From assembly GCF_009914755.1 (NCBI RefSeq), contig NC_060940.1: 64,000 nt of DNA; one strand, 5' to 3'. Shown here in pieces: positions 21,916 through 46,395 of the stretch; the stretch's first letter is position 1, and every line of letters begins with the position of its first letter. The notes beneath the pieces were generated by a model, which saw nothing but the letters and a program-made list of their open reading frames with translations, did no database searches and had not been told where the DNA came from. Origin of the DNA: the human T2T-CHM13v2.0 reference genome, Homo sapiens. A program made the position numbers and the translations under genes.

Positions 21916-22542
21916 GGGTATATGGCCTGTATCAGGCAGGCAGGCATGGGAGCAAGTGGCCTTGCTGGGCTGGTAAAGCTCAAGCTGTTTCCTCCCTCCC
22001 TAAGTTGGGGTCCTCAAGGGTTCACATTCCCAGAGCTTTGTGTAGGTCAAACTTGAGTCCTGGCAGCCGAGTCGGGGACCCTCCCCTTCACAAACACTTC
22101 CAGGGAAGATGATTTCACAACTCCTCAGGGTGCGTTCTAGTCCACACAGCCCCCACCCTCCACGTGTGTTCCTGGGGTTGCACCCAAGTCCCGATGTCAC
22201 AGTTGAGCCCTTTTCTATCTTCAGAGTAAAAGGGAGGTGAGCCCAGCATGGTCCATCACCCCCAGACTTTCTCCTCAACTTGTATGGGGTCCTGGTGCCT
22301 TCTCGAAATCTGATGAGTGCCTTAGACTCTCTTCCCAGAAAAAAAAAGTTTTCCCAAATACATTGTTCACTCATCAAATGTTGCAAGATTCCTTATCTTT
22401 TAGGAGGGGTCCCTATTATAAGTTGGTGGTTATGCTGGTGGCCTCTGGAGTTGAATTTCCTGGGTCCCCCAAATCTGCTTCTACTATTTTCTGGCTACAA
22501 GAACATAAACAAATCACAAACATCTTTAAACCTTGGTTTTCT

Positions 22543-22924
<382 letters not shown>

Positions 22925-25008
22925 TCATTTATACCTTGATGGGTCCAGCTTGATGACCTAGAGCTGGGATTTATTTGGCTTGTAGGCAACTTTAACCAAG
23001 GAGTAAGGGGCAAAGCAAAGACATTCTTCCCCAGCTGCAGGGACAGGCCTTGATAGACTGACATTCATTAATGTCCTTGTGTTTTCATAAGGTTAGGAGT
23101 TGGCTCTGGAAATGAGTGTTCCGTGGAGAAATGGAGGTTGTTCACAGGAAAGCCTTTCCCTTGAAGAGGGGCAAAGGTTGCTTCTTCTCAAGGGGCAGGT
23201 GGAATTTAGGTTTTAACTTTCTTTGCAAGATCCACCCCAACATTCAGATTTCAAGTCAAGCCGGGTATCCCAGTAGGAAATAACTAGGGCTTCCTCCCAA
23301 GAATTGGGGTTTGTAAGTCCTGAGGGCATGAGTCATAGGTTACCAGCCTCCTCTTGCCTGCAGGCTCTAGAACAGCACTGGACATAGAGAAGATGCTCAG
23401 TAATAGCTCTGCCTCACCCTGTCTTTCCCAGGCACTTCACAGCCTCTTGAGCTGCCAGCAGTAGGCTCTGTTAACAGGGACTGTTTCACATTGGCTCTGA
23501 TGAGGGGTGATGCCCAGAGTGGGGTTCCCCAGATGCCGGGACGTGGACTCCTCTCAGATTATTTGATGATCGAGGGGCAGTTGCCCCAGAAACAAATAAT
23601 TTCCTTAGATAACTGTCTTAGAAGTGATTACTCTTGGGAACAGAAGGAGGATACTGGTAACGGAAGAGACTTCTTTTCTCTCTGCAGATGCTTGAGAGAA
23701 CTCTGGATTCTGAGATGTGTAATCAACTACCCCATTGAAAGTTTTAGCATTAAAAGTCTCGCATCCCAGGAAACCCCTGAGACCCAGGCAAAGCAAGACC
23801 ATTGGGCTACCCTATGAGGGGTTGCCTGGGTGGTTCCAGTGTAGGGACCCAGTTGCCCACGTTGAGGCCGAAGGAGCAGGGGACTAGATAATAGGGTTGG
23901 CTGCTATTGGCTGGGAGGGGTTGGTGGCAACAACTCAGGGGCGATCACGACAGTGGCCAAAGGCAAGCCATTTCTGGGGCTCTGATTTTGAAAAGCCCTG
24001 ACATCTGCCAACAAGCCCTGTCAGGACTAATCTCTCGGCCCCAAGCAGAGAGAATCCTTTCTGGAAGCCAGAAAGGGGCCTCAGGGGTGGTGGCTAGAGA
24101 GGCTGACCATGCTGACCTGAGCAACACCTCAGGGTCACAGGCAGCGGAGGCTGCTTCGTGGCTGGAGAAATGGCAGATGTGTCTGACACTCAGGTGAGGC
24201 CCCCAGAATGTCCCAGACACTGCTGGGGCGTTCGCTTGCATGGGGTGCTAAACACAGCCTGGTCCTGATGGGAGTTGGTGTCTCTGGAATTGGGCACAGA
24301 GGTTAAAGCAGAATATTAAACCAATTTTCAAAAATTTGGAGAAATAGATTTTTTTAGTGAAGAAAAAATTTACTCCACTTACTAAGAAGAGTCCTCAAGG
24401 GAGAAGAACATTGTCTCCAAGTCACCAACTTCCTCAAAAGGAAAATTCAGGAAAGGCTCTTCCCTCCAAGCCTTGGTGTAATGGGAAGCTCATAATTTAC
24501 ATATTATCACAGACATACCAAAGAAACAGAACACCATGACTGATATAAGACTTAGCGGCAACCAAGGAGAGATTATCTGGGCATCTCTGAGTCTCCAATT
24601 TGGGAAAAATTCCCTCTAAGCCTTTTAGTGTCCTATTATGCAAGTTGGAGTCGACTTGTCACAAATCATAGGTGTATAAAAGAATAGTGTCTGGCACACC
24701 TCACAGCTATATGAGGGCACCTGGCGGCTCATTCTGGCTGCTGAGAGAAAGGCTGGCAGAGGTGCCGAGGGGGCCGTGGGGTGGCTCTCCCCACCTCTGA
24801 TGACAGGGTTCCCATGGTTTTTGTCCTGGCTTTGTGGGGACCTGATTTTGCCAGGTGTGCCCTTGCAGGGCAGAGACTAGCTGTGCTTTGTCCACTTGTT
24901 GTGGGCTCTGCAGTGCCCATGCCCGGGCCTGGCATGAATAGATGTCCCATGAATGCTTCTAGAATCTTACTGAATGATTCCCGCAGACCCGTGCAGTGAA
25001 ACACTTAA

Positions 25009-26280
<1,272 letters not shown>

Positions 26281-27049
26281 AGCTGATCTCACTAAAGAGG
26301 AATTTCCTTTCAGGTCACAGAGTCAGGACTGAGGCAGCCTGGGCTTGGGAGAAGGAGGACCAGGCAGTTGGTTGGTGACACTCATTCAGGAACCAATAGC
26401 TTTGTGCCCCAGGGACTGTGGGAAGGAGGACCTCAATGCAGACAGGGGAGCCGCAGGTCTGGTGCAGGGAGGGATGATCATGCCCAGGGCCCTCACTCCC
26501 AGCCTCGGCTGGAGGCTCCCTTCATAGAATTCCACCTGCCTGGTAAATGCAGAATGCAGTCCACTTAAAGAAATCAGAGCAGCTGCCACGTCAAAGCCGA
26601 AAAGATGTGTGGAGGTGGGTGGAGAGGAGGCGGGTAATTATGCAGGAAAAATAGTTTTCTTGATATTCTTCTGGAAATATGCGTGGAACAGAGGGAGCAG
26701 CAGGAGAGATGCCAGGCAAGGAGAAAATGTATGAATAGCAGAATGCATGGTGCCTCTCCAAAGGCAGACAGAGGCAGCGCTGCTTTGACCACAGCATCCT
26801 TTTGTGGGGAGCATCTGGGACTCCATGAGACACTTCCGCAGGGACTCTTCAATGTAGGACTTTATTCATGGGTCCATTACAGAATTTGCTGGGAATGATT
26901 GAGCCTTTCTTCCCCCTGTAATCCCAGCACTTTGGGAGGCTGAGGTGGGAGGATTGCTTGAGGCCAGGAGTTCAAGACCAGCCTAGGCAACAAAGTAAGA
27001 TCTCGTCTCTACGAAAAAAAAAAAATTTTTTTAATTAGTCAGAAAAAAA

Positions 27050-27401
<352 letters not shown>

Positions 27402-28059
27402 CTATGCCCCGTTAGGAATCTGCCCACAGAACCCATGTACTCTGCATGCCCAAGTGGCAGAGAGGCACCCCAAACTCTGAGAAGCAGCTCTGAGGTTGTG
27501 AACATTGAATGTAGATAATTATCCAGCTGTGAAGAAGCTGAACATTTCTTCGGGCTGTTTCTGCGTAATTATAAATATTTGAGAATATTAAACTCCCAGG
27601 TTACACATTGAGGGTATTGTCTGAGTAGCAGTTGGCTGCAGAGCTGGAAATGCAAACATATTTTCATTCCTCCCTCCTGGTGTACTCAGGATATTTCATG
27701 GGATTCAAAAGAAAAAGTTACAGTCGAGAAAAAAAAGCACCGACAACCTGGAGGCAAAGTCAGTTGCTAATATTTCTAAATAGCTTTAAATCAAAGAAGA
27801 GGAATGTGACCACTTTAGTTAACTGTGCTGGGTTTGTGATGCGTTTTTCTCTATGGTTTAGGAAAGCAATTACCATGAAACAACCTACCTGTGCCTTCGT
27901 GTGATAAAATGTTCCCTCTAATAGGGCCAATATGCCCAGCAGTAGGTCTTTACAAGCACTCAATGTTTCTAGAAGCATTTTCACATGTGGGGCTCCTTGG
28001 TGTGCAGTGAGAGCCCATGACTCACTCCTTAAGGACCCGTCATAGTGCAGGGTTGTTGG

Positions 28060-29300
28060 TTTTGTTTTTTGTTTTTTGTTTTTGAGATGGAGTTTCGCTC
28101 TTGTCGACCAGGCTAGAGTGCAATGGCACGATCTTGGCTCACTGCAACCTCCACCTCCCAGGTTCCAGGTTCAAGTGATTCTCCAGCCTCAGCCTCCCGT
28201 GTAGCTGGGATTACAGGCGCCCAGAATGCCCGGCTAATTTTTGCATTTTTAGTAGAGATGGGGTTTTGCCGTGTTAGCCAGGCTGGTCTCCAACTCCTGA
28301 CCTCAGGTGATCCGCCCACCTCGGCCTCCCAAAGTGCTGGGATTACAGGCATGATCCACTGTGCCACAGGGTTCTTAATAGGAGATGGGTTCTTCCAAGG
28401 AGAGGCTGGTGTCCAGGCTGTGAGTGGAGGCTCTGCTGCCCTGGTTCTGCCCGGAGGCCCATGTGATGAGCCCAGGGTCCTGTCCAGACTTCCACCCTCA
28501 CACTCTTGGTCACCCCATCTTGTCCTCCCACCCACTGAAGTCTCCTGTCTTCTCACCCACTCCCCAAGTGCTGTCCTCCACGCCCTGGAAAGCAGGGGCC
28601 ATCTGTTACAGACACATCCTCAGCCTTCCATCTCCTGCTTTGCAGCTGTCCCCTGCTGGCCACAGCTTCCCCACATCTCCTGGGAGTTGCTGTCCCTTCT
28701 CCAGACCCCCCAGTATCCCTGGAAACCACTGCTCCTGTGCCTTTGAACAATCCCACCCCCTTCACACCCCCCGTCCCCACCGCCCCAGTTTTTGAGGCTC
28801 CTGCTTGCTGTTCTCCCTTCCCAGCCCTTGCTCTGGGGCTTGGCTCACTTTTTCTCTCCCCAGTTTTTCCCAGGCTGGAGTGCAATGGGCGATCTTGGCT
28901 CACTGCAACCTCAGCCTCCCAGGCTCAAAACATCCTCCCGCCTCAGCTTCTCAAGTAGCTGGGCCCACAGGTGCACACCACTGCGCCCGGCTCATTTTTG
29001 CATTTTTTGTAGAGACAGAGTCTCACTATGTTGCCCAGGCTGGTTTTGAACTCCTGGGCTCAAGCCATCTGCCAGCCTTGGCCTCCCAAAGGGTTGGGAT
29101 TACAGGCTGGAGCCACCACGCCCAGTCTGTTTTTTTTTTTTCTTCTTCTTCTTCTTCTTTTTTTTTTTTTAGAGACAGAGTCTCACTCTGTGACTCAGGC
29201 TGGAGTACAGTGGCATGATCATGGCTCACTGCAGGCTTGAACTCCTGGCCTCCCACCTCGGCCCCCCAAAGCACTGGGATTACAGGCAGGCGCCCAGCCC
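28060..29300 (-). mobile_element. Alus at 28060-28366 and 28868-29300
   Basis: Alu consensus. Confidence 0.8.
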
Positions 29301-29779
29301 TTTTCTCAGCTCAGGGACCTCCCTTCATCTTGGGTAACTGTGATGGGTAAGAACGACCTATGTCATCGTCCAGATCACAAACTTCCTTGGTCCCTCTCCG
29401 GGTGCTGCCAGGTCCAGCCCTGTACAGTCTTGGCCTTTAGGGTGGCACCTCTGCCATACCTAGCGCCCTGTGTCTCCCTCACCCTTGGCCACCACAGAGG
29501 CCACTGGTCTGCAGCCCCAGGGATTTCTTTGTCCCTTCATTTCTGGCTGCATTCTGTGGCCATCCCATTGCCTCCCTCTCAGGCCCCTGAATCCCATGGT
29601 CTCCATCCGTCGCCCATGATGCTGCCGTCTAAGGCCTCTGCCTGATGGGGAGCTGTTGCTTGGTGACCCCACCAACCGATCCCAGTGGGAACCCCCGCCC
29701 CACAGCCTCTGGCTCCTCAACTCCCACCCCTAGCCTCCATCTCCAGTTTCTAGGTCACAGTGAGACGCCAGTGTAGGCC

Positions 29780-30290
29780 AGTAAATGTGCAAAACCAGAA
29801 CTTCATTTCCCACCCCAAATGCTGTCCCTCTCCCCCAGATGCCGGCAGCTGGCAGGGGGCGTCCTCCGAGAGCCTCCGGAGAACAGCCCGCTTGGCTCTG
29901 CAAGTTTGCTGTGGGCGGTGAAAGTATCCGCTGACAAACCATCCAACGTCGGTTTGGAAGCCCAAGGTCCCATAAAAAGTGGGACGAAAAAAGACCCGTT
30001 GCGAAGGCTGCGCTACGCGTCCAGCCGCCCGCGCTCCAGCTCACTGTCCTTGGGTAAGGGAGAGGGAGGAGGCTCGTGGACCAAGAGGACGCACTCGGAT
30101 CTGGAGTTCTCCGGCCCGGACACCCACGGGCCACCGCGTCGAGGCAGCGCGAGCCCCGGGCGCCCCCTGCAGGTTGTACGGGCCTCAGCTGCGCAGCGCA
30201 GACGGAGGAGGGCGCTGGCGGTTAAGAACTCCTACTTGTCAACCGGAAAAACATCCCCCATAAAAAAACGGTCAAAGGGCCGGGACAGAA
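29780..30290. promoter_or_regulatory. Orphan CpG island with CTCF-like motifs
   Basis: CpG-rich non-repeat sequence; near-consensus CTCF core CCTGCAGGGGGCGCCC on - strand (30158-30173); weaker + strand core CTGGCAGGGGGCGTC (29849-29863). Confidence 0.6.
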
Positions 30291-30311
30291 GCATTTGAAA
30301 TGAAACACAAG

Positions 30312-30662
30312 GGCCGGGCGCGGTGGCTCACGCTTGTAATCCCAGCACTATGGGAAGCTGAGGTGGGCAGATCACAAGGTCAGGAGTTTGAGACCAGCCT
30401 GGCCAACATGGTGAGACCCCGTCTCTACTAAAAATACACAAATTAGCTGGATGTGGTGGCGGGCGCCTGTAATCCCAGCTACTCAGGAGGCTGAGGCAGG
30501 AGAATCACTTGAACCCAGGAGGCGGAGGTTGAGGTTGCAGTGAGCTAAGATCAGGCCATTGCACTCCAGCCTGGGTGACAATAGCAAAACTCTGTCTCAA
30601 GAAAAAATAAAAATAAAAATAAAAATAAAAGAAAGAAAAGAAAAGAAAAAGAAGAGAAAAGA
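30312..30662 (+). mobile_element. Alu
   Basis: Full dimer, TSD GAAACACAA. Confidence 0.9.
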
Positions 30663-30739
30663 AACACAAATGTCCAATAAACCATCAAGCTGATATTGAC
30701 ATGGGCAGAATCTGTTGCAAGCCGTGGCACAGGACAGAC

Positions 30740-30880
30740 AGATCCTTTAATCTCACAAACAATGACACTAGGGAGAGGCAGATTGTTCCCATTCTACAGA
30801 TGCGTAAACTGAGGCACTGAGAGGCTAAGTGACTAGGTCACGGCCACACAGTAAGTAGCAGGGCCAGAAACTCACCCAAC
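30740..30880 (-). mobile_element. MIR
   Basis: CCCATTCTACAGATGCGTAAACTGAGGCAC. Confidence 0.65.
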
Positions 30881-31497
30881 AGCCTGGCACCAAGGCCTAT
30901 GGCCTTATTCACTACATGAGACCAATTCTTAACATAATGAAAAATATACACTGGCTAAAACCAAAGTGTAAATGGAAACAAATTCATTCAATAAACCAAG
31001 GGAATCCCAGATGAGGGATCCTGCACCTATCGATGGGCCAAGCCAGGGCCTGGGTGTGTTTCCATCTGTGCTCCCTTCCAAGGTCCAAGGTCATGCTGTC
31101 TTACCAGACCTTGGAGGTACTTGGAGTTCAAAGCAAGCTTCGCTTCTGTGAGCCCCCTTGTCTGTTGGCCTGGGGTAGGAGGGCCAGGCTGTGGCATCCT
31201 TTCCTCCAGAGACAGAAGCATAGAGGTGAGGTTAGTGGGAGGTGGCCGCAGGGAGGTGAGCCCCATTCTTCCCCAGAGACTGCCATCCTCCTCCTTGCTT
31301 TGGTCAAAGGGCCATTTCCTGCCCCGTGGTCTGGCCTCATGATATCCCTTGTAGATTACACAACTCACTCTCCAAAAGCCGCTGTGTTTTATATGGTGGT
31401 GAACTGCTCTGTGGTTCCTGCTGAAAATCTTCTGTTGATTCCTGGGGTCAGCTGGGCTCCTTTGAGTCCTGCTTAGGCCACCTTAAGAAGGGCTGCA

Positions 31498-32022
<525 letters not shown>

Positions 32023-32956
32023 TCAAGATGAGTGCAACAAACTGGTCCAGACAGAGCCTGGACCAGAGTAAGGCCCACTCTAGGGGCCAGCTGGTTACTC
32101 CAGCGCTCTCCCAGAGTCACGTGGTCTCTCTCTGACCTCTTTCTCTCCCCCTTTCAATGCCTGCATCAGCTGCTAACCTCCTCATTGCTGGAGTTCCTCA
32201 TTCATGTTCCTAAGCCAGCTCATCTGTCTTCCGCCAGGGCACATGATACACCTCTGGATTGGCCGCCTTGTGTCCTGGTTCCCTTGGGGTCTAATCAGCA
32301 AGGCCAAGAAGGGAGGGCACTGAGATGGCCGGCACAAGACTGTCCCTTCAGCGGGTACCGTGGGTGATGCACTGCACCATTAGATGGTTGGCTACAATCC
32401 TAGACTCTTCTTCCTGTTTATTCATGCTTGAGTTTCATTTGTTGACCTTTGTTATGGTTGCCTAGAGGTCTTTTAAGGGTACTTAAAAATGTCTTAGGTA
32501 TCCACCCTGGTTCACTGTAGAGGCTGCTACCCAGAAACCTGGCAAGAGAGAATCATTCATAGTTAAACAAACAGGGAGTCATTTCTTCCTCCTTCTTTAG
32601 TCTCACCTTTCATTTAGAAAAAAGTAGGGAGACCATATTTAATAACCACCATCCATTAGATTAGATCAACAGGCTCCAAATAGTGCATTTCTTCTAGAAA
32701 CAGTATCTCCTGGTCTCACAGGAGAGCATGTGGTCAGGAGGAAATTGAATAAAGCCTTTTAATCAGCCACAGTAGTATTTGAATCATTTAATTTAGAATC
32801 TGACAACCACAAATTACTTTATTTTTCTGGCCAATTTTAGCCAACCAGGAGAGCTAAGCCAGTCCAACTCATGCTTAATAAATCACCATCTTGCCTTATG
32901 GTGGCTAGTTTGGGGAAGAGGTTTTTCTGAGGCTTTTCAGAAATAATCAACAACAG

Positions 32957-35216
<2,260 letters not shown>

Positions 35217-35384
35217 GAGAAAGACAGAGAGCCTCATGCACCCTTGTGGAAGTCCCGGTTGCCACGGTGCCACTGTCCTAGAGGCATCTATCAAAAGGCC
35301 CCACCCAGAACCTCCTCAGAGGGCATCTAAGCAACTGCCTATAATTAAGAATAGAGGTGTGACTGAGATCTGAGGGAGGGCTGC

Positions 35385-35735
35385 TGTCTTAGTCTGTTTT
35401 GGTTGCTATAACAAAATAACCACAAACTGGGCAGCTTATATGCAACAAAAATTGACTTCTCACAGTTCTGGAGGCTGGGAAGTCCACAATCATGGTATCA
35501 GCAGAGTCGGCGTCTAGTGAGGGTCTGCTTTCCAGTTCACAGATGGCGCCTTCTCCTTGTGTCCTCATGTGGTGGAAGGGGTGAGCTAGCTCTCTGGAAC
35601 CTGTTTTATAAGGGCGCTAATCCCCAGCATGAGCACGCTCCAACCCTATGACCTAATTACCTCCCGAAGACTCCCACCTCCTAATACAATCACATTGGTG
35701 AATTGTGGAGGGACATAAACGTTCAGCCCATGGCA
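35385..35735 (-). mobile_element. MLT1A-like MaLR solo LTR
   Basis: TGTCTTAGTCTGTTTTGGTTGCTATAACAAAAT...CACAGTTCTGGAGGCTGGGAAGTCC...CATGGCA; perfect 5-bp TSD GCTGC. Confidence 0.85.
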
Positions 35736-36000
35736 GCTGCTGACACCCGCTCCTAAAGCCCCTTGACACCACCTGTTGGCACCACCACTGCCTACATCCC
35801 CAAATGCCAGGCCTGACTTTTCCAATCAACCTTGGCTCTTGTCCCTTACTCCTTGGACCCCTTTCTTAATTTCTGGTCCTGAGACATAGAACACAAAGAA
35901 CAAGAGCTCTTCTCTCTCAGGGTTGTTGTGAAAATTAAACGAAATAAGAGTTTAAGAGCATAAACTGGGAAATAATAAAGATAATAGATTGTTTGACCTA

Positions 36001-38914
<2,914 letters not shown>

Positions 38915-39591
38915 TAAACTCACCAGGAAGGCAAGCAAGTCCAGGGCACATCCAGGGACTGCCTGTGACGAGGAGAAAAGGATCACGTGTAACAAGGAGA
39001 TGCTGGTTACATTTGCTGGGCTGGGGAAGGTTGCCCAGGGAATGGGGACAGGGTGAGAAGAGGAAAAGGGCAAGGAGGGGCCCTGATGAGGAGTGACACT
39101 CAGGAAGGTAGACTCTGAAGAGAAGTCCTCCCCCACCCCTCAAGCCATCACTGAGATCTCTACCCCAGGCCAGCGCCTACTCATCCTTCAAGGCTCAAGC
39201 ATCACTTCCTCCAGGAAGCCTTTCTGCCCAGCTCAGGCTGTGGTCCTCCCCCTTCCATGTGGTGCTCCCAGCACACTGCGCCACCAACCTTGTGACTGCC
39301 CACCTCCAGTCCTGTATTGGGTTGGCTTGTCTGTATGCTTGCCTGTCTCCCAACAGAGGCTGTATGCCCAGTTCTGGTGATGCTGCCCCACCCCATGCAC
39401 TAGTGGCTCCCTGGATTCCGGCCGGGCTGTGCTGCCTATGGGATTCCATCACACAGATGCACGAGGCCTGTAAGGAAAAGTGGATCCCAAAGCCAGAGTC
39501 TGAGTCAAGGGTTGCTGGGGGTGGGGTGTGGACAGGGGGTTGGCCGAGGGAAGGGTATTTTACTCCACATCACATAAGATTTTTACACTCA

Positions 39592-40313
<722 letters not shown>

Positions 40314-40479
40314 AGACTTTTACACTCTCGAGAGGGACTTTGGAAGTGCCGTGGGTGACAGCCCTTCTGAAGTCCCCAGGACCCTGGCTGGAAGGGATGG
40401 GTAATTAGAGCTGTTGTGCCTGGGTGACAAAGCCAGAGAAGCCTGGTCCCTGGAGGAGAAACCGAAATGTCTGGAGAGG

Positions 40480-40800
40480 TGGGGCGGGTGGCCAGGCTCA
40501 GGGTAGAGAGAAGCAATACAGAGGCCAGGTAAGAGAGCCGCCCCCTCTCTGGACAGGGCTGCAGGTGAAATACGCCGCCCGAGGTAAAGGAAAGAACTGC
40601 AGGTTCCATAAGTGTCCGCTAGGGGGCTACCGAGGATACACCAGCTGGGTCGCCTTGGTAACCGCGGAGCTGCGAATGTGTTGTCCCCACGCGGTGGCGG
40701 GGAGGTACCAAGATCGCCCCAGGCGCGGCGTATCAGACGCTGGGGTGGGGGCGGGGGTCTGTGGCCATCAGCCCCAGGCAGGCCGTGAGCCCAGGCCAAG
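40480..40800. promoter_or_regulatory. Small CpG-enriched unique patch, candidate regulatory element
   Basis: Local CpG excess outside repeats and GGGGCGGG boxes at ~40481 and ~40748. Confidence 0.35.
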
Positions 40801-41099
40801 GTCCAGGCAGAGATGAAGGACCCAGCTTACTTTCACCTTCGTGTTTTCTCACCTCTGCTCAGGTCACACCTTCACTGGTTGAACTGGACTTAGCAGTTGT
40901 GGTAGGAAAAATTAAAATGGTGTTTTGGATCAGCCAAAACAGCTCCTGCATTGTACAGATGAAATAGCAACCCAGAGAGGGAAAGTCACTTGGAGATCAC
41001 ACAACAGCAGACCTGGAAACAGAGCGAAGAGAAAGTGGAACAGAATGGAAGAAAGCAAAGCAAATGAGCAAAGCCCAGTCAAGCAATGTGTTCACTTTA

Positions 41100-43217
<2,118 letters not shown>

Positions 43218-43475
43218 CTTGTCCACTTTTTTGTTTCTAAACACAGTCCTCTGCTTGGCTGCAAAAACCCTCAGATGCCATCTGTGTCTTGAATGGCTGC
43301 GTGGGATCAGTCCCCTCCCCACAACCAGCCACATCCCAGGGTCATTGAATATCCTCGTCTCGGGGGCACAGAGGTATCTGGGGAAAGCCTTGCCTGGGTG
43401 GACATTCATGACTTCAAGCCCATGAGGAAAGCCTGTGATAAAAGAGACCAGGTGAGGGCAAACATGGGATGCTAG

Positions 43476-43939
43476 GGTGGCCGGAGTTGGTTCCCGCTGG
43501 TGGGTTCGTGGTCTCGCTGACTTTAAGAATGGAGCCTCAGACCTTCGCAGTGAGTGTTACAGCTCTTAAAGATGGCATGGACTCAAAGAGTGAGCAGTAG
43601 CAAGGTTTATTGTTAAGAGCAAAATGACAAAGCTTCCATGGTGTTGAAGGGGACCACCGCTGCTGGCTGAAGGGGGTGGCCAGCTTTTATTCCCTTATTT
43701 GTCTTCTCCCATGTTCCGTTTTTGTCCTATCAGAGTGCCCTTTTCTCAATCCTCCCTGTGATTGGCTACTTTTAGGATCCTGCTGATTGGTGTGTTTTAC
43801 AGAGCGCTGATTGGTGCATTTTACAATCCCCTTGCTAGCTACAGAGTGCTGATTGGTGCGTTTTACAATCCTCTTGTAAGACAGAAAAGTTCTCCAAGTC
43901 CCCACTCGACCCAGGAAGTCCAGCTGGCTTCACCTCTCG
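43476..43939 (-). mobile_element. ERV9-family solo LTR, LTR12F-like
   Basis: Revcomp begins GAGAGGTGAAGCCAGCTGGACTTCCTGGGTCGAGTGGGG; repeated CTGATTGG units; ends AACTCCGG; flanks CTAG/CTCG. Confidence 0.85.
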
Positions 43940-44144
43940 CTCGGGTACTCCTGGGGCCCATCCATCAATTGACGAAGGGACAAGTGACTGGCCTGAGCAG
44001 GGCCTCTCTGGGAAAGTCAGGTGGCTGAACTGGAGCCCAGTGTGAGGTCTCCTGACTGCTGACCCTTGTTACCCACAGGGACTACATTGCCTTGAGGTGA
44101 CACCACTTGGCTCTGGCCTGAGTCACCGCAGTTGAGATGAATCA

Positions 44145-44318
<174 letters not shown>

Positions 44319-44574
44319 TCAGAATGACCCAGGGTGGCAGAACACCAGAGGAACTCAGACAGCTGGGGCTACTAGGTGCTCAGTGAACTTTTGTTGAACT
44401 GAAAGTCATTTTCTGGGGCTTATGGAGGTGTCAGTAACCTAAGATCAGACCTATCAGACGTCACCACAGGGTGTCTGTGACAAGGCGCCAGATGCTCACA
44501 GCTGTGTGGGTCTGGGGAACTGAGTGCCCGGTTTTTTTTTGTTATCTGCCCTCCCCAACATATATCTGAATAAG

Positions 44575-45490
<916 letters not shown>

Positions 45491-45594
45491 AAATCTGTAC
45501 TAGCTTTATTCTGTTTTGAATATTTTGAGTTCGGGGGTGGCTAGTGTCATGGAATATTATCCGGGACTCTGGTTGCAGCAGTCAAAGAACCCAT

Positions 45595-45905
45595 TTTATT
45601 TATTTGTTGACTTTATTTATCTGTATTTGAGACAGAGTCTCCCTCTGTCGCCCAGGCTGGAGTGCAGTGGCACGATCTCGGCTCACTGCAGCCTCTGCCT
45701 CTCAAAGCGATTCCCCTGCCTCAGCCTCCTGAGTAGCTGGGATTACAGGCGCACACCACCACGTCTGGCTAATTTTTTGTATTTTTAGTAGAGACGGGGT
45801 TTCACCATGTCGACCAGGCTGGTCTCTAACTCCTGACTTCAGGTGATCCACCCGCCTCGGCCTCCCAAAGTGCTGGGATTACAGACGTGAGCCACCACGC
45901 CCGGG
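45595..45905 (-). mobile_element. Alu
   Basis: Alu consensus. Confidence 0.85.
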
Positions 45906-46395
45906 CAGAGAACCTATTTTAAACTGGCATAGGACAAAACAGGAAGAAATTATTGGTGCATATAATTAAACTGTGAAACTAGCAGGGCTAGAGCTGCACA
46001 CAGGGCCAGCTAACTCGGGACTGGCACAAAAAGAACTCTCTCTCTCTCTGCTGCCTCCTCTCCCTTCCCTCCTCCCATCCCCCTCTCCCATCTCCTCCTC
46101 TCCCATCCCTCGTCTCTTCCTCCCCGCTCTCTTTCTCAACCTGCACTCTGGACTCCTCTCTGTGTGTTGGCTTCCAATCCTCACAGCCCTGCTGACAATC
46201 TAGGGGGAAAGGCTTCCTTCTATAGAGCATCTACATAAAACATCAGAGGGAAGCATCTGATTGGCCTGCTTTGGGTCACATGGAGTCTGTGATTAACCGC
46301 GTCACCAGAACTTCATAGAGGAGGAAGAAGAACTGCCCCTAAAGGAAGAGGGTGCTGTTACTGAGAGATGAGAGAAGGGATGCTGGCTGGGGTAG

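Noticed and set aside
29819-30298. 159-aa ATG ORF in the orphan CpG island
   Set aside because: No recognisable family, poly(A) or TSD for a retrogene; explained by GC richness.
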